A stretch of 64,000 nt of DNA from an uncultured Methanosarcinales archaeon (GCA_964428395.1 CAYRYB010000006.1:8453-72452); one strand, 5' to 3'; positions 9,657 to 19,600 are shown, counted from the stretch's first letter. Translations and numbers: made by a program. The notes: a model not told the origin generated them from the sequence alone.

Positions 9657-10781
9657 CTAAAACTCGTATGTGAAGGTTACATTTCCCGTATTAAAACCCT
9701 TCATAATATCGTATGCTCCTGCTCGCAAGCCAACACGATTTTTGTTTTTTAACTGATACGTTAAGCCTGCACTTGCATCTATACCGCCATACTTAACTGT
9801 TGAAGAAGTTTCTAATTCATTGGAACGATCAGATGGTTGACGACCTAAAAAGTCACCAGATTCAACGCTATTAAAACGAATTTCATATTCCTTTTGCGTA
9901 TTCTCACTTAACTTTTCAAAGAATGGTCCTGCTGCAACTGTTGCAAAAAAGTTCTTTTTTTTATTAAGAGGAAGAGAGTATGTTGCAGCTGTAGAAAACA
10001 ACGGCATTTCTTCATTGTTTTTTGTTGTAGTAACATATTCTTGAGAACTTATTTTTCCACTTGGAGAAAGACTTTTTCTTCCCATTGGATTTTTTGTTTG
10101 TCCAAGAGATTCTTGTGATGATGGCGCGTTAAGAAAATATTCTCCTTCCACTCCAAAATTTCCAACAGAAGCTCGAAGACCTAAACCATACATGTCATTA
10201 GTAAAGTAAGAAATAACTGGTCCTAAACCAAAACCTTTTTTTGCTATAGGCTCTTTTAATTTATTTTTTTTGCTTTCGTTTGTTACTGCACCATTTTTTA
10301 ACGAGTCAATAACTTGCTCGTATAACGTTTTTTTGATTACAAGACCCATAATTGTTGAGTCGCAGTACGCAGCATCATCATTAACATAGGCTCGCAAATC
10401 TCCTTCTGTTTTATCAACAGCAATTCTTTCGCGATAAATGTCAATTGAACCATCTTTTTTGAATTCCACACCAACAAGTTTTGTTCCACCAATCGCGCTT
10501 TTTTTTGGAAGTTTTGTTTTTTCAAAAAAAGCATCTACATTTTTTGTTGCAATATCTTTTGCTGAAACTACATACGTGTCCCGTGTTGCCGTTGTATCCA
10601 CTGGTTTGACAACATAAACGCCGGGTTTTGTTGGCGCTTGACCAACTTCAAGTGTTTGTAATTTGTTTTCTAAATCTTGCTTGGTTGTCGCTGCATTTTT
10701 TGAAGTTGCACAACTGTGCAAACTAAGTGCGCCAAGACCAGCGAAAATATAAGGTAAAATCATTTGATTGAGTTTTTTCAT
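9657..10781 (-). CDS. Hypothetical lipoprotein-like or beta-strand-rich protein with a C-terminal aromatic residue (OMP-like signature), probably co-transcribed with the adhesin gene
   Basis: The probable start is the internal Met MKKLNQMILPYIFAGLGALSLHSCATSKN (signal plus Cys). The C-terminus ...GLRAGAYDIMKGFNTGNVTFTYEF has alternating hydrophobic residues and a terminal Phe. Its stop codon abuts the start of the 6804-9656 gene. Confidence 0.4.
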   Translation of the reverse strand: MKKLNQMILPYIFAGLGALSLHSCATSKNAATTKQDLENKLQTLEVGQAPTKPGVYVVKPVDTTATRDTYVVSAKDIATKNVDAFFEKTKLPKKSAIGGTKLVGVEFKKDGSIDIYRERIAVDKTEGDLRAYVNDDAAYCDSTIMGLVIKKTLYEQVIDSLKNGAVTNESKKNKLKEPIAKKGFGLGPVISYFTNDMYGLGLRASVGNFGVEGEYFLNAPSSQESLGQTKNPMGRKSLSPSGKISSQEYVTTTKNNEEMPLFSTAATYSLPLNKKKNFFATVAAGPFFEKLSENTQKEYEIRFNSVESGDFLGRQPSDRSNELETSSTVKYGGIDASAGLTYQLKNKNRVGLRAGAYDIMKGFNTGNVTFTYEF

Positions 10782-10792
10782 TTTCAAAGACC

Positions 10793-11347
10793 TCATTTGT
10801 TGTTGCATGGTTTTTTTATTTTCATGCTTCTTGTTTTGTAATGATGATCGACAAAGTTTGGTTTCACTTTTGTAGTATAATAGTTTTTTACACCTTGCCA
10901 TTCCTTTATTAATGCAGGATCCGTGGTCGCATCGTTTAATGCTCCCGGTACATTTTTTGATGATGTAATTGTTTTATCAATTGAATCAACAGCAGGCGTT
11001 AATGAATTGTGCAAAGAAGAAGAAACAACTTGTTCTTGAAGAGATGTTTTTTTTGTAGAATGCTCTTGCGCGTTTTTTCTTTGATTTGTAGAAATGTTAG
11101 GAGAAGCTTCTTTTTTTTGATAGTTTTTGTTTTCTGTAACAGATGTTCTTATGTGATTATTGTAAATAACATTTGTTTGAGGCATGTTTGCTTTGTTAGC
11201 GCAATCATGCTTCTTTGTTGCAAAGTAAGCTATTCCTGCTCCAGCAAACAATGCTGCTAACGCCCAAGGCAAAACAGTATTGCTCTTTTGTGTAGTATAG
11301 AGTGTTGCATATGATTTTTTAGGTTTTTTTGATTGTGAGTGTTTCAT
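10793..11347 (-). CDS. Hypothetical single-pass membrane protein (184 aa)
   Basis: Basic N-terminus followed by a TM helix PWALAALFAGAGIAYFA. The remainder is polar and low-complexity. Confidence 0.35.
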   Translation of the reverse strand: MKHSQSKKPKKSYATLYTTQKSNTVLPWALAALFAGAGIAYFATKKHDCANKANMPQTNVIYNNHIRTSVTENKNYQKKEASPNISTNQRKNAQEHSTKKTSLQEQVVSSSLHNSLTPAVDSIDKTITSSKNVPGALNDATTDPALIKEWQGVKNYYTTKVKPNFVDHHYKTRSMKIKKPCNNK

Positions 11348-11510
11348 TCTTTATTATCCTCCAATACATAAAGAGTTGTTCCTTTAAAGTAATAACTCTA
11401 AGTGAGCGAAATACATCATCATTTATAAACATTATTGTTTGTTGTTCCTTTTGAATGAAAACAATTTGTTCTTCAAAGGTTTTAAAAAAGAAATAAGGGA
11501 AGAAAAAAGC

Positions 11511-12593
11511 ATGGAGAGAATACTTGTAGGAGGAGGACCTATAGGCCTGTATGCTGCTTCCAGGGGCTCTAACATGGCTGTTTTTGATCAAAAAAAGCAA
11601 ATTGGATCGCCCATTCAATGCACAGGACTACTTTCTCATCAAGCACAAAAACTCCTTGATAAAAAACTTCTCAAAGAAATAACACAAAACACCATTACAA
11701 AAACAGAAATTATTGGACCAACAGCACGAGCAACCATTACGTTACGTAAAAATTATGTTATTAATAATCAATTATTCGAAGAACGCTTAGCAGATAACGT
11801 GTTACGTCAAGGCAACAAAATTCACTTAAACAAACGCTACGAAGGCTCAAAAAGCGGAAAACATCTATTTAAGGATTTAAAGACAGGTAAAAAAGAGACA
11901 TATAAAACACAAGAGCTTTTGGGAATTGACGGACCAAACTCAAACGTCAGACGCATTCATCATTGGCCCGCACAAGAACAATATATAGGTATGCAAGCAA
12001 GACTGCGCGTCAAAAAACAAGAAAATAGCATTCAATTCTTTCCTCACATAGGAGTCTACGCATGGAGCGTTCCTGAAAGCGACACCGTCGTGCGCGTTGG
12101 ACTTGCAACAAAAGGAAACGCTCAAAGACTCTTTCATGACTTTCTTAAGCGTTTTTCTGGGAAAATACTAGAGCGCTCAGGAGGACGAATTCCCCTGTAC
12201 AAACCACGATCAAAAACAGTAAAACAGCTCGCATCTTATCGCGTTGTCCTTTTGGGAGATGCCGGCGGACAAATAAAAAATACAACGGGAGGAGGATTAC
12301 TTCCCGGAATAACTGCAACAAACGAATATATCCAAAAACAAAATACGTACACGGGATTATCTCGCACACTTAGGCAAGAATTATACACCCATTTCCTGGT
12401 GCATAACCTTTTGAAAACGGCAACACGCACACAATGGGATAAAATCATTCTTTCAGCACAAAAACAACAACAATTGTTCAAAGAAATTAATAGAGATGAA
12501 ACCAGAAAAATGATAAAAACCTTTGCGAGCAACAAGACCTTTCTCTCCTATAGTCTTCTCAAACTCATAACCGGAAAAGTAAAACTATTTTGA
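11511..12593 (+). CDS. FAD-dependent geranylgeranyl reductase family oxidoreductase (candidate dolichol/polyprenol reductase)
   Basis: MERILVGGGPIGLYAASRG is a GxGxxG FAD-binding motif. Length and overall pattern match the archaeal geranylgeranyl reductase family. It sits immediately upstream of aglB. Confidence 0.55.
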   Translation: MERILVGGGPIGLYAASRGSNMAVFDQKKQIGSPIQCTGLLSHQAQKLLDKKLLKEITQNTITKTEIIGPTARATITLRKNYVINNQLFEERLADNVLRQGNKIHLNKRYEGSKSGKHLFKDLKTGKKETYKTQELLGIDGPNSNVRRIHHWPAQEQYIGMQARLRVKKQENSIQFFPHIGVYAWSVPESDTVVRVGLATKGNAQRLFHDFLKRFSGKILERSGGRIPLYKPRSKTVKQLASYRVVLLGDAGGQIKNTTGGGLLPGITATNEYIQKQNTYTGLSRTLRQELYTHFLVHNLLKTATRTQWDKIILSAQKQQQLFKEINRDETRKMIKTFASNKTFLSYSLLKLITGKVKLF

Positions 12594-12651
12594 GAAATTA
12601 TATAAAGAGAAGCAGAGTCTTCTCACAAGCAAAGAAAAGGCGAAATAACAA

Positions 12652-15459
12652 ATGAGCAAAAAACATTATTCACAGCATAAAAAAGAAATAACTCATAAAA
12701 AAGAAATAGCGCCAGAAGAAACAACACAACAGCCCATTCTTAAAGAAAAACAACACAAGAAAACGAGTTGGAAACATCTACTCTTCTCAGAAACCACCTT
12801 AATTGTTCTCTTACTCCTTATCGCAATCACGATAAGTACTGTCTTTCGCATGTATCCTTCATCATTACAAACAACCAATACATGGGCACAAGCAACAATT
12901 GAAAATCAAATTAAAAGTAACGTTGCACAACAAGTAGCGCAACAATTTCCTCATTTACCACAAACGCAACGTGATGAATATGTCAATAAACAACTACAAG
13001 ATGTGTTGCAAACACAAAAAGCAACAATAGACACGCAACAAAAGCAACTTGCAACGCAATTTAAATCACGAATGCAAGATGAGCACAACAACACCTACCT
13101 TTTAGCAATAGACCCCTATGTTTGGTTATCCTACGCAAGAAATCTAGAAACCTATGGTCATTTTGGTAACGAGATTGTGAACAACACAGATTGGTATACC
13201 CTGCGAAATGGTCGATTCGGTTCAAAAGCAAATTTTCACCTTCATCCCTATCTCACCGTTCAAGTTCATAAATTTCTACGAATATTTAATCCAGATATTA
13301 CTTTAGAACGAGCAGCATTTCTTATGCCCGTTCTTATTATTATTTTAGCAATTATTGCAGCATTCTTTTTAGGAAGAAAAATATCAGGCAACGTTGCAGG
13401 ATTTGTTGCAGGACTTATTATTGCACTTAATACCGCATTATTAGGACGAACTCCTGCGGGTTTTTCAGATACTGACGCATACCTCATCTTTTTTCCCTTA
13501 CTTATCTCATGGATGTATTTAGAAGTTTTAACCAGTAAAACATGGAAACGAAGAACAATATTTTTATTACTCTCAACAGCATTTACTGTCCTCTTTTCAA
13601 AAGCATGGACGAAATGGTGGTATATTGTTAGTATTCTTATGGCCATGACAGCAATATACTTTGTGTACACCTTATACATTGAAAGGAAGAAACTCAAAAA
13701 ATTGCTGCGCAAACCAAAACAATTATTCACACAAACAAGAAGTGGACAAACTATTATAGATGTTTTAGCGTTCTTTGCAATACTACTCGTGCTCGCAAGC
13801 ATATTTTATAGCAGTGTTGGCAGTCCACAAGGATTTTTTAAACCTCTACGAGATATCATAATAAGCCCTTTGGGCGTTCTTAATGTGAAAAGCGTTGCAA
13901 CAGCAAATATTTGGCCAAACGTCTTAACAACCGTAGCAGAACTTAACGCGGGCAGTTGGGGACAAATAATAGGCTCGTTAGGTGGAAGACTATTCTTTAT
14001 CATAGGTGCTTTAGGAGTGCTTCTCACCTTCTTTTTACGAACAAAAGAAGATACTTTTGAAATACGTTACGCTGCATTACTTGTTATCTGGTTTTTTGGG
14101 TTAAGCCTTGTTGGTGTTATGAGTTCTCGATTCATAGCACTTCTTGCAGCACCGTTTGCCATTGCCTTTGGCGTATTCTTTGGCATACTTTGGACAAAGG
14201 GGTCTGAATTATTAAGTAGAGAAGTGAGCGTTCCAATGCTCGCAACAAAAATAGGAATTGCAATTATTATATTGCTCTTATTTATTGCACCAATAAAAGC
14301 AGCACATACTGTTGCATTAAACGAAGTTCCTAGCATGAATGATGGATGGTATACTAGTCTTATAACCATACAACAAAATTGTAGTGATGGCATCATTACC
14401 AGTTGGTGGGATTTTGGTCATTGGTTTACCAACATCGCGCAACGTCGCGTCACGTTTGATGGTGGTGACCAAGGAAAGAGAATTTATTGGGTTGGAAAAA
14501 GTCTCATGACCGACAATGCAACAGAAAACAAAGATATTCTTCGCATGCTTAATTGCGGACAAAACAAAGGATATGAAATACTCGCTAAAAAACTTAATGA
14601 TAGCTATCAAGCAACACAACTCATTAACAAAATTGCATACGAGACAAAATCAGAAGCAAAAGCAACATTACAACACGCTGCTCTTTCAGACAACGTTATT
14701 GTCAGCATACTCAATTATACTCATTGTAGTAATGAAGATTTACTAGATCAATATTACATTGTGTCACAAGATATGATAGGAAAATCCAACGTATGGGCAC
14801 ATTTTGGTGATTGGAATTTTAGCAAAGCATACATTTACTATTTATCAAAACATGACACCTATGATGAAGCAGTCAAGAAAATGCAAGATGAAATAGGAAT
14901 AAGTAAAGATACAGCAAACAAACTATACTTTGATGCAACCAGTTTAAACACGAACAGAGAAGTTGATACATGGATTAGTCCTTGGCCATCATACATCACC
15001 ATAAACTCTAAAGCTTGTGAAAAAGGAAACGAAACAATAACTTGCACCATTAATCAAAAAATTGGTGAACAACAAGGTCAAAGCATAATTATTGATAAAG
15101 CAATTGTACCATTGCAAAACGTTAATGAAACAAAACTTACCGTCATAGCAAGTGCTAATGGTATTGCAAGAAGTGTTGATCCCATCATTCCAAAAGCAGT
15201 TAATCTTCCTGCCAAAGATAATTTTGTGCAAACAAGGATGCCAAAAACAACTTTTCCTTATGAACTTACTATTGGAAAAACTGCAGATGGAACATATCGC
15301 GCAATACTCTCAGATAGCATTTTAGCCCGCTCAACATTCACAAAACTATTTTATTTTGATGGATTATACATGAATGACTACACAAAATTAAGTGATATAA
15401 CAACATTTAGAGGCGAGCGCATTATTGTCTATAAGGTAAACTTAACAAACAAATATTAA
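12652..15459 (+). CDS. aglB: Archaeal oligosaccharyltransferase AglB (STT3 family)
   Basis: 935 aa. A polytopic N-terminal membrane domain and a large C-terminal soluble domain. The WWDFGHW motif is the WWDYG signature of STT3/AglB/PglB. Confidence 0.8.
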   Translation: MSKKHYSQHKKEITHKKEIAPEETTQQPILKEKQHKKTSWKHLLFSETTLIVLLLLIAITISTVFRMYPSSLQTTNTWAQATIENQIKSNVAQQVAQQFPHLPQTQRDEYVNKQLQDVLQTQKATIDTQQKQLATQFKSRMQDEHNNTYLLAIDPYVWLSYARNLETYGHFGNEIVNNTDWYTLRNGRFGSKANFHLHPYLTVQVHKFLRIFNPDITLERAAFLMPVLIIILAIIAAFFLGRKISGNVAGFVAGLIIALNTALLGRTPAGFSDTDAYLIFFPLLISWMYLEVLTSKTWKRRTIFLLLSTAFTVLFSKAWTKWWYIVSILMAMTAIYFVYTLYIERKKLKKLLRKPKQLFTQTRSGQTIIDVLAFFAILLVLASIFYSSVGSPQGFFKPLRDIIISPLGVLNVKSVATANIWPNVLTTVAELNAGSWGQIIGSLGGRLFFIIGALGVLLTFFLRTKEDTFEIRYAALLVIWFFGLSLVGVMSSRFIALLAAPFAIAFGVFFGILWTKGSELLSREVSVPMLATKIGIAIIILLLFIAPIKAAHTVALNEVPSMNDGWYTSLITIQQNCSDGIITSWWDFGHWFTNIAQRRVTFDGGDQGKRIYWVGKSLMTDNATENKDILRMLNCGQNKGYEILAKKLNDSYQATQLINKIAYETKSEAKATLQHAALSDNVIVSILNYTHCSNEDLLDQYYIVSQDMIGKSNVWAHFGDWNFSKAYIYYLSKHDTYDEAVKKMQDEIGISKDTANKLYFDATSLNTNREVDTWISPWPSYITINSKACEKGNETITCTINQKIGEQQGQSIIIDKAIVPLQNVNETKLTVIASANGIARSVDPIIPKAVNLPAKDNFVQTRMPKTTFPYELTIGKTADGTYRAILSDSILARSTFTKLFYFDGLYMNDYTKLSDITTFRGERIIVYKVNLTNKY

Positions 15460-15470
15460 TGGCTTGAGCA

Positions 15471-15845
15471 ATGCGACGAAAACATAGACCCATTACAACG
15501 TCAAAGAAGAAACCATATATCTTATTAATGATTCTAAGCACTCTTTTTATTGCAAGTGGACAGTTATTATTTTCTCATGCATACAGCACACCCTCATCTC
15601 TTATTTTTTCTCTTTTACCAGTAAACATTTTTTCTCTTAGCGCAATACTTGCGTATGGGCTGGGCGCAATACTCTTTGTTCTTGCAATAGGTAAAGGCGC
15701 AGTAAGTAGCGTGTATCCTTTAAGTTCACTTTCCTATGTTTGGGCAACACTTGGCGCAATACTATTATTACATGAGCACGCCAGCATACAAAAACTTTCT
15801 ATACTTCTTATTCTTGGAGGCATCGTGCTTATCACGAGGGAATAA
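15471..15845 (+). CDS. SMR/EamA-like 4-TM half-transporter (ArnF/ArnE-like; candidate lipid-linked sugar flippase subunit)
   Basis: 124 aa with four predicted TM helices and a DMT/SMR-like pattern. Paired with the adjacent 112-aa paralogue, as in the ArnE/ArnF heterodimer. Confidence 0.45.
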   Translation: MRRKHRPITTSKKKPYILLMILSTLFIASGQLLFSHAYSTPSSLIFSLLPVNIFSLSAILAYGLGAILFVLAIGKGAVSSVYPLSSLSYVWATLGAILLLHEHASIQKLSILLILGGIVLITRE

Positions 15846-15848
15846 AAA

Positions 15849-16187
15849 ATGATGAGCATATACATAGGATTATTTTTAGCACTTCTTTCAACATTATTTG
15901 GTGCAAGCTCATCAATTATCATAAAAAAAAGTTTACAAAAAGGAATACAAAATAGCTGGAAAGCAAAAATAACACTCCTTGCTGGTTTAGGAATTATGGG
16001 AATCGGTGTTCTTATGGTTTTTATCGCGTTAAAATTTGGGGAAGTAAGTATTATTTATCCTGTCACTGCAATAACCTTTGTTTGGACAACCCTTTTTGGA
16101 AAAAAATATTTACAAGAAACAATTACCACAACAAAAATTATCGGCGTTGCTATCATAATTATCGGCGTTGCTTTGCTTACCATATAA
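15849..16187 (+). CDS. SMR/EamA-like 4-TM half-transporter (ArnE/ArnF-like; second subunit)
   Basis: 112 aa with four TM helices. Adjacent to its paralogue and to the GT2 and GT-C genes. Confidence 0.45.
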   Translation: MMSIYIGLFLALLSTLFGASSSIIIKKSLQKGIQNSWKAKITLLAGLGIMGIGVLMVFIALKFGEVSIIYPVTAITFVWTTLFGKKYLQETITTTKIIGVAIIIIGVALLTI

Positions 16188-16254
16188 CAATTACAATTAG
16201 TAATAATTAAGAAATAAATGCATAGAAAAGGTCTTGAAAAATGAGCGATAAAAA

Positions 16255-17034
16255 ATGAATAAAGAAAAAAAAGAAGATGTTTATTATAGTGTCTTTATGC
16301 CGTTTTATAATGAGGAAACGATTGTCAAAAAAAATGCGCAACGAGTGATAAAAGAATTACGCGCACTTAAAAGAACGTTCGAACTTGTCCTCATCGACGA
16401 TAACTCTACAGATGATAGTTTGCAACAAGCAACAGAGCTTGCAAAAAAAGAAAAAGAAGTAAAAATACTACACTACGAAAAAGGACCGAGTAGGCGAGAA
16501 AATCTTGCAAAAAGTTTCCTGCAAGCAAGAGGAAAAATTGTTGCGTATATGGATTATGATTTAGCAACAAGCTTAACGCATCTAAAAAGACTCTTAAACG
16601 AAGCAGAAACCTGCGATGTAGTCATAGGATCTCGCTATAAAAAAGAATCGCACTTACAACGTGAATGGTGGCGACTACTCATTAGCAAAGTGTATAACTT
16701 TACTATCCGCCTGCTTTTTGGTACACAAATAAGTGATCATCAATGCGGGTTTAAAGCGTTTCAACAAAAAACTATCAGAAAACTTGTTCGCAAATTAGGA
16801 TATGATTCCAAATTTCAACGAGGATGGTTTTGGGATGTTTCATTATTAGTATATGCAAAAAAAATGCAATTTTGTATAAAAGAAATTCCCGTGACATGGC
16901 AACCAGGGGAAAAAACAAGTTTTAGTTTTAAACGAGAACTTAAAATGATACCTCAAATACTACGTTTATACTGGCAAACAAGAAAATTATCATTTAAAAA
17001 AGTGCGAGAAAACCACTATGAAAACCATTACTAA
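16255..17034 (+). CDS. GT2 polyprenol/dolichol-phosphate sugar synthase (DPM1/ArnC/GtrB-like)
   Basis: VFMPFYNEE...LVLIDDNSTDDS...YMDYD are GT2 (GT-A) motifs. 259 aa, soluble. Confidence 0.7.
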   Translation: MNKEKKEDVYYSVFMPFYNEETIVKKNAQRVIKELRALKRTFELVLIDDNSTDDSLQQATELAKKEKEVKILHYEKGPSRRENLAKSFLQARGKIVAYMDYDLATSLTHLKRLLNEAETCDVVIGSRYKKESHLQREWWRLLISKVYNFTIRLLFGTQISDHQCGFKAFQQKTIRKLVRKLGYDSKFQRGWFWDVSLLVYAKKMQFCIKEIPVTWQPGEKTSFSFKRELKMIPQILRLYWQTRKLSFKKVRENHYENHY

Positions 17035-18517
17035 AGTAACAAAAAAGAAAACAAAAAAGACAAATAAGATTGGTCTAAGCATTACTTCTCAACAAAAAAA
17101 AACACTCAATATCCTGCTCCTTGCAGGAATCATCGTTCTCTTACTTGTGTACATAGGTAGTATTCAAAAGTTTCCTTACACGTGGGTTGATGAAGGATGG
17201 GCTGCTGAACCAGCATATAATCTCGTATATCATCATAGTTTTACCATGCCTAGTCAAACAGGATGGGCCGGTCAAGAAATTGCAACATACTCATGGCCTC
17301 CTTTCACCTATCTGGCTATTGCAAGTTCTTATCTGCTCTTTGGATTTGGCATCGTGCAAACAAGACTCGTGAGTCATGTTGCGTTACTTGCGCTTCTTTT
17401 CTTTAGCTACCTTTTTGGCAAGAAAATAACGGGCAAAAAAGAAACGGGACTTCTTACTGCGTTTCTTTTACTTGTTAATCATCTCGTCTTTTACATCTTT
17501 CACTCTCCACGACCAGACGTGTTTGCAGGACTTTTCATCCTCTTAGGCACATATGAATATTATCTTTGGAAACAAAAGCCAACCAGAAAAAATATTTTTT
17601 TATCAGGATTATTCTTTGGATTAAGCGTAGCTAGTCATGCCATTGGCGCTATCAGTGCCGTGGGAGTTGGTATTTTACTTCTTGTGCAAAAAACAAACTA
17701 TACTAAAAAGTTGCAATCACTTGGTTGGTATATTTTAGGAGGTTTGCTTATTGCACTTCCTTATGGAGCATATATCCTTAAACATCCAAAACTGTTCTTA
17801 CTACAACTCTTTGGCATGCACGAAACAACATCTGCATCTTTTCTAAAAGAACATCTCTTAAGAGAGTATGTACGATATGCTAACACATTACATTTTTATT
17901 GGCATTTTTTTCTCCTCCTTTTCATCATCGGTATTGTTGCTTTATTTCTACAAAAAAAAACAAAAGAGCTCGGCTATCTTGCTGTACTCAATATTATCGG
18001 TCTTGCCATCCTGCTTCCTAACAAATCAGCAAGTCAATATCTCATAGCAATACTTCCGTTGGCAACTCTTGGATTTGTACTGCTTTTTGACAAACAAATA
18101 ATTCAGAAAAAATTTCTACGCGTTGGAATATATATCGTTTTAGCTGGTTGCATTATTACAGGACTCGGAGCGCAAACGTTCATTGTTTATCAGCATCATA
18201 GCTATCAACCGTATACTGTACAAGAATCCTTTTTGCCAATCATACAAAACGCAAGCGTTATTGCACCATTAACCTATTATTATTACTTTCCTAAGCAACT
18301 CATATCACTTGATAATATTGAAACGCAAATGAAACTATTTAATAAGACGCCAGGATACCTTGCTCGAGAGTTTAATGCAACATACATAATTATAGACTCG
18401 CAAAATCCAGAAAAAACAACACCTATACAAACATTTCTTGAAACGCATACAACAAAAGTCAAAGAAATAAAAGAAGGATACAATATCTCACTTTATAAAA
18501 TAGAAGAAAAGACATAA
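17018..18517 (+). CDS. GT-C fold glycosyltransferase of the ArnT/PMT (GT39/GT83) type, a lipid-phosphate-sugar-dependent transferase
   Basis: 499 aa with about 11 TM helices. The first extracytoplasmic loop carries YTWVDEGW (a DE motif like PMT/ArnT). It overlaps the GT2 gene's stop. Confidence 0.6.
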   Translation: MKTITKVTKKKTKKTNKIGLSITSQQKKTLNILLLAGIIVLLLVYIGSIQKFPYTWVDEGWAAEPAYNLVYHHSFTMPSQTGWAGQEIATYSWPPFTYLAIASSYLLFGFGIVQTRLVSHVALLALLFFSYLFGKKITGKKETGLLTAFLLLVNHLVFYIFHSPRPDVFAGLFILLGTYEYYLWKQKPTRKNIFLSGLFFGLSVASHAIGAISAVGVGILLLVQKTNYTKKLQSLGWYILGGLLIALPYGAYILKHPKLFLLQLFGMHETTSASFLKEHLLREYVRYANTLHFYWHFFLLLFIIGIVALFLQKKTKELGYLAVLNIIGLAILLPNKSASQYLIAILPLATLGFVLLFDKQIIQKKFLRVGIYIVLAGCIITGLGAQTFIVYQHHSYQPYTVQESFLPIIQNASVIAPLTYYYYFPKQLISLDNIETQMKLFNKTPGYLAREFNATYIIIDSQNPEKTTPIQTFLETHTTKVKEIKEGYNISLYKIEEKT

Positions 18518-18565
18518 GTTTTATTAAGAACAGCAACATTTAACCTTTAAGAGGAGAAAATTACA

Positions 18566-19219
18566 TTGAACGTCGCTGTCATCATTCCAGCTTATAATGA
18601 AGCAAAACATATTTCTGCTATTGTAGAGCGAACGAAAAAGATAATTTCTGATGTTATTGTCGTAGATGATGGTAGTATTGATGATACTGCAGAACTCGCT
18701 TACAAAGAAGGAGCAATAATACTTCGTCATCTTGTGAACTTAGGTAAGGGCGCAGCAGCAAAAACGGGGTGTGATTATGCCTACAAAACCAATCATGATG
18801 TTCTTATACTCATGGATGCAGACGGACAACACTTACCTGAAGATATTCCTCGATTTCTTAGCGCGCTACAAAACAAGGACATTGTTTTTAGTTATAGAAC
18901 CTCAAAACAACAAGCACCATTTCTTTTACGCGTTGGAAACTGGGGATTAAGTTTTCTGAGCAACATTCTTTTTCACATAGCAATTTATGACACTCAATCA
19001 GGGTTTCGCGCGTTCACAAAAAAAGCATATCGACAAATTCGTTGGAGCGCAACAGATTATGCTATGGAATCAGAAATGATTTATAGATCAAGAGGTTTGC
19101 GATTTACACAAATAGCTATTGAGCGCATCTATTTAGATAATGTGAAAGGAACAACCGTTCCTCTTGGATTCTCAATTGGCTGGCAAATGATAAAGTGGAA
19201 ATTCTTTGGAGGTATATAA
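18566..19219 (+). CDS. GT2 glycosyltransferase (GtrB/DPM1-like), probable TTG start
   Basis: VAVIIPAYNEAKHI...VVDDGSIDDT...LMDADGQH. GT2 with the DXD motif. Confidence 0.65.
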   Translation: MNVAVIIPAYNEAKHISAIVERTKKIISDVIVVDDGSIDDTAELAYKEGAIILRHLVNLGKGAAAKTGCDYAYKTNHDVLILMDADGQHLPEDIPRFLSALQNKDIVFSYRTSKQQAPFLLRVGNWGLSFLSNILFHIAIYDTQSGFRAFTKKAYRQIRWSATDYAMESEMIYRSRGLRFTQIAIERIYLDNVKGTTVPLGFSIGWQMIKWKFFGGI

Positions 19220-19222
19220 AAA

Positions 19223-19600
19223 ATGATTATAGGCATACAATTATTAGGAATTCTCTTTGGTATCATTATGATATATTTTTCAATTCTTTATTATAAAAAG
19301 AAAAATTACAATAAAAAATCACTTACGCTTTGGCTCATAACATGGTTTGCAGTAATTATCATTTTTGCAATACCAGAAATCATTTATCGGTTTATGGACT
19401 TGTTAGCAATACAGCGAACAGCAGATTTTTTTACTGCAGGAGCAATCATTTTTCTCACAACTATCGTCTTTTATCTTTATACTGTTGTTAAAAAAACTCA
19501 ATATAAAATGGAACATCTTGTTAGAGAACTTGCCATCAAAGAAGCAAAACAACAACCTATTGCAAAAAGGAACACTAAGAGAACAACAACTAAAAAATGA
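19223..19600 (+). CDS. Small membrane protein (3-4 TM) partnered with GT2 genes, possibly DUF2304/GtrA-like
   Basis: 125 aa, hydrophobic, with a basic C-terminal tail. Sandwiched between two GT2 genes with ATGA-type overlaps. Confidence 0.35.
   Translation: MIIGIQLLGILFGIIMIYFSILYYKKKNYNKKSLTLWLITWFAVIIIFAIPEIIYRFMDLLAIQRTADFFTAGAIIFLTTIVFYLYTVVKKTQYKMEHLVRELAIKEAKQQPIAKRNTKRTTTKK

Noticed and set aside
10793-10901. N-terminal 40 aa of the 414-aa ORF (MARCKKLLYYKSETK...)
   Set aside because: It overlaps the upstream gene (10793-11347) by 108 bp. The internal Met at 10781 begins a proper signal sequence, so the shorter model is preferred.
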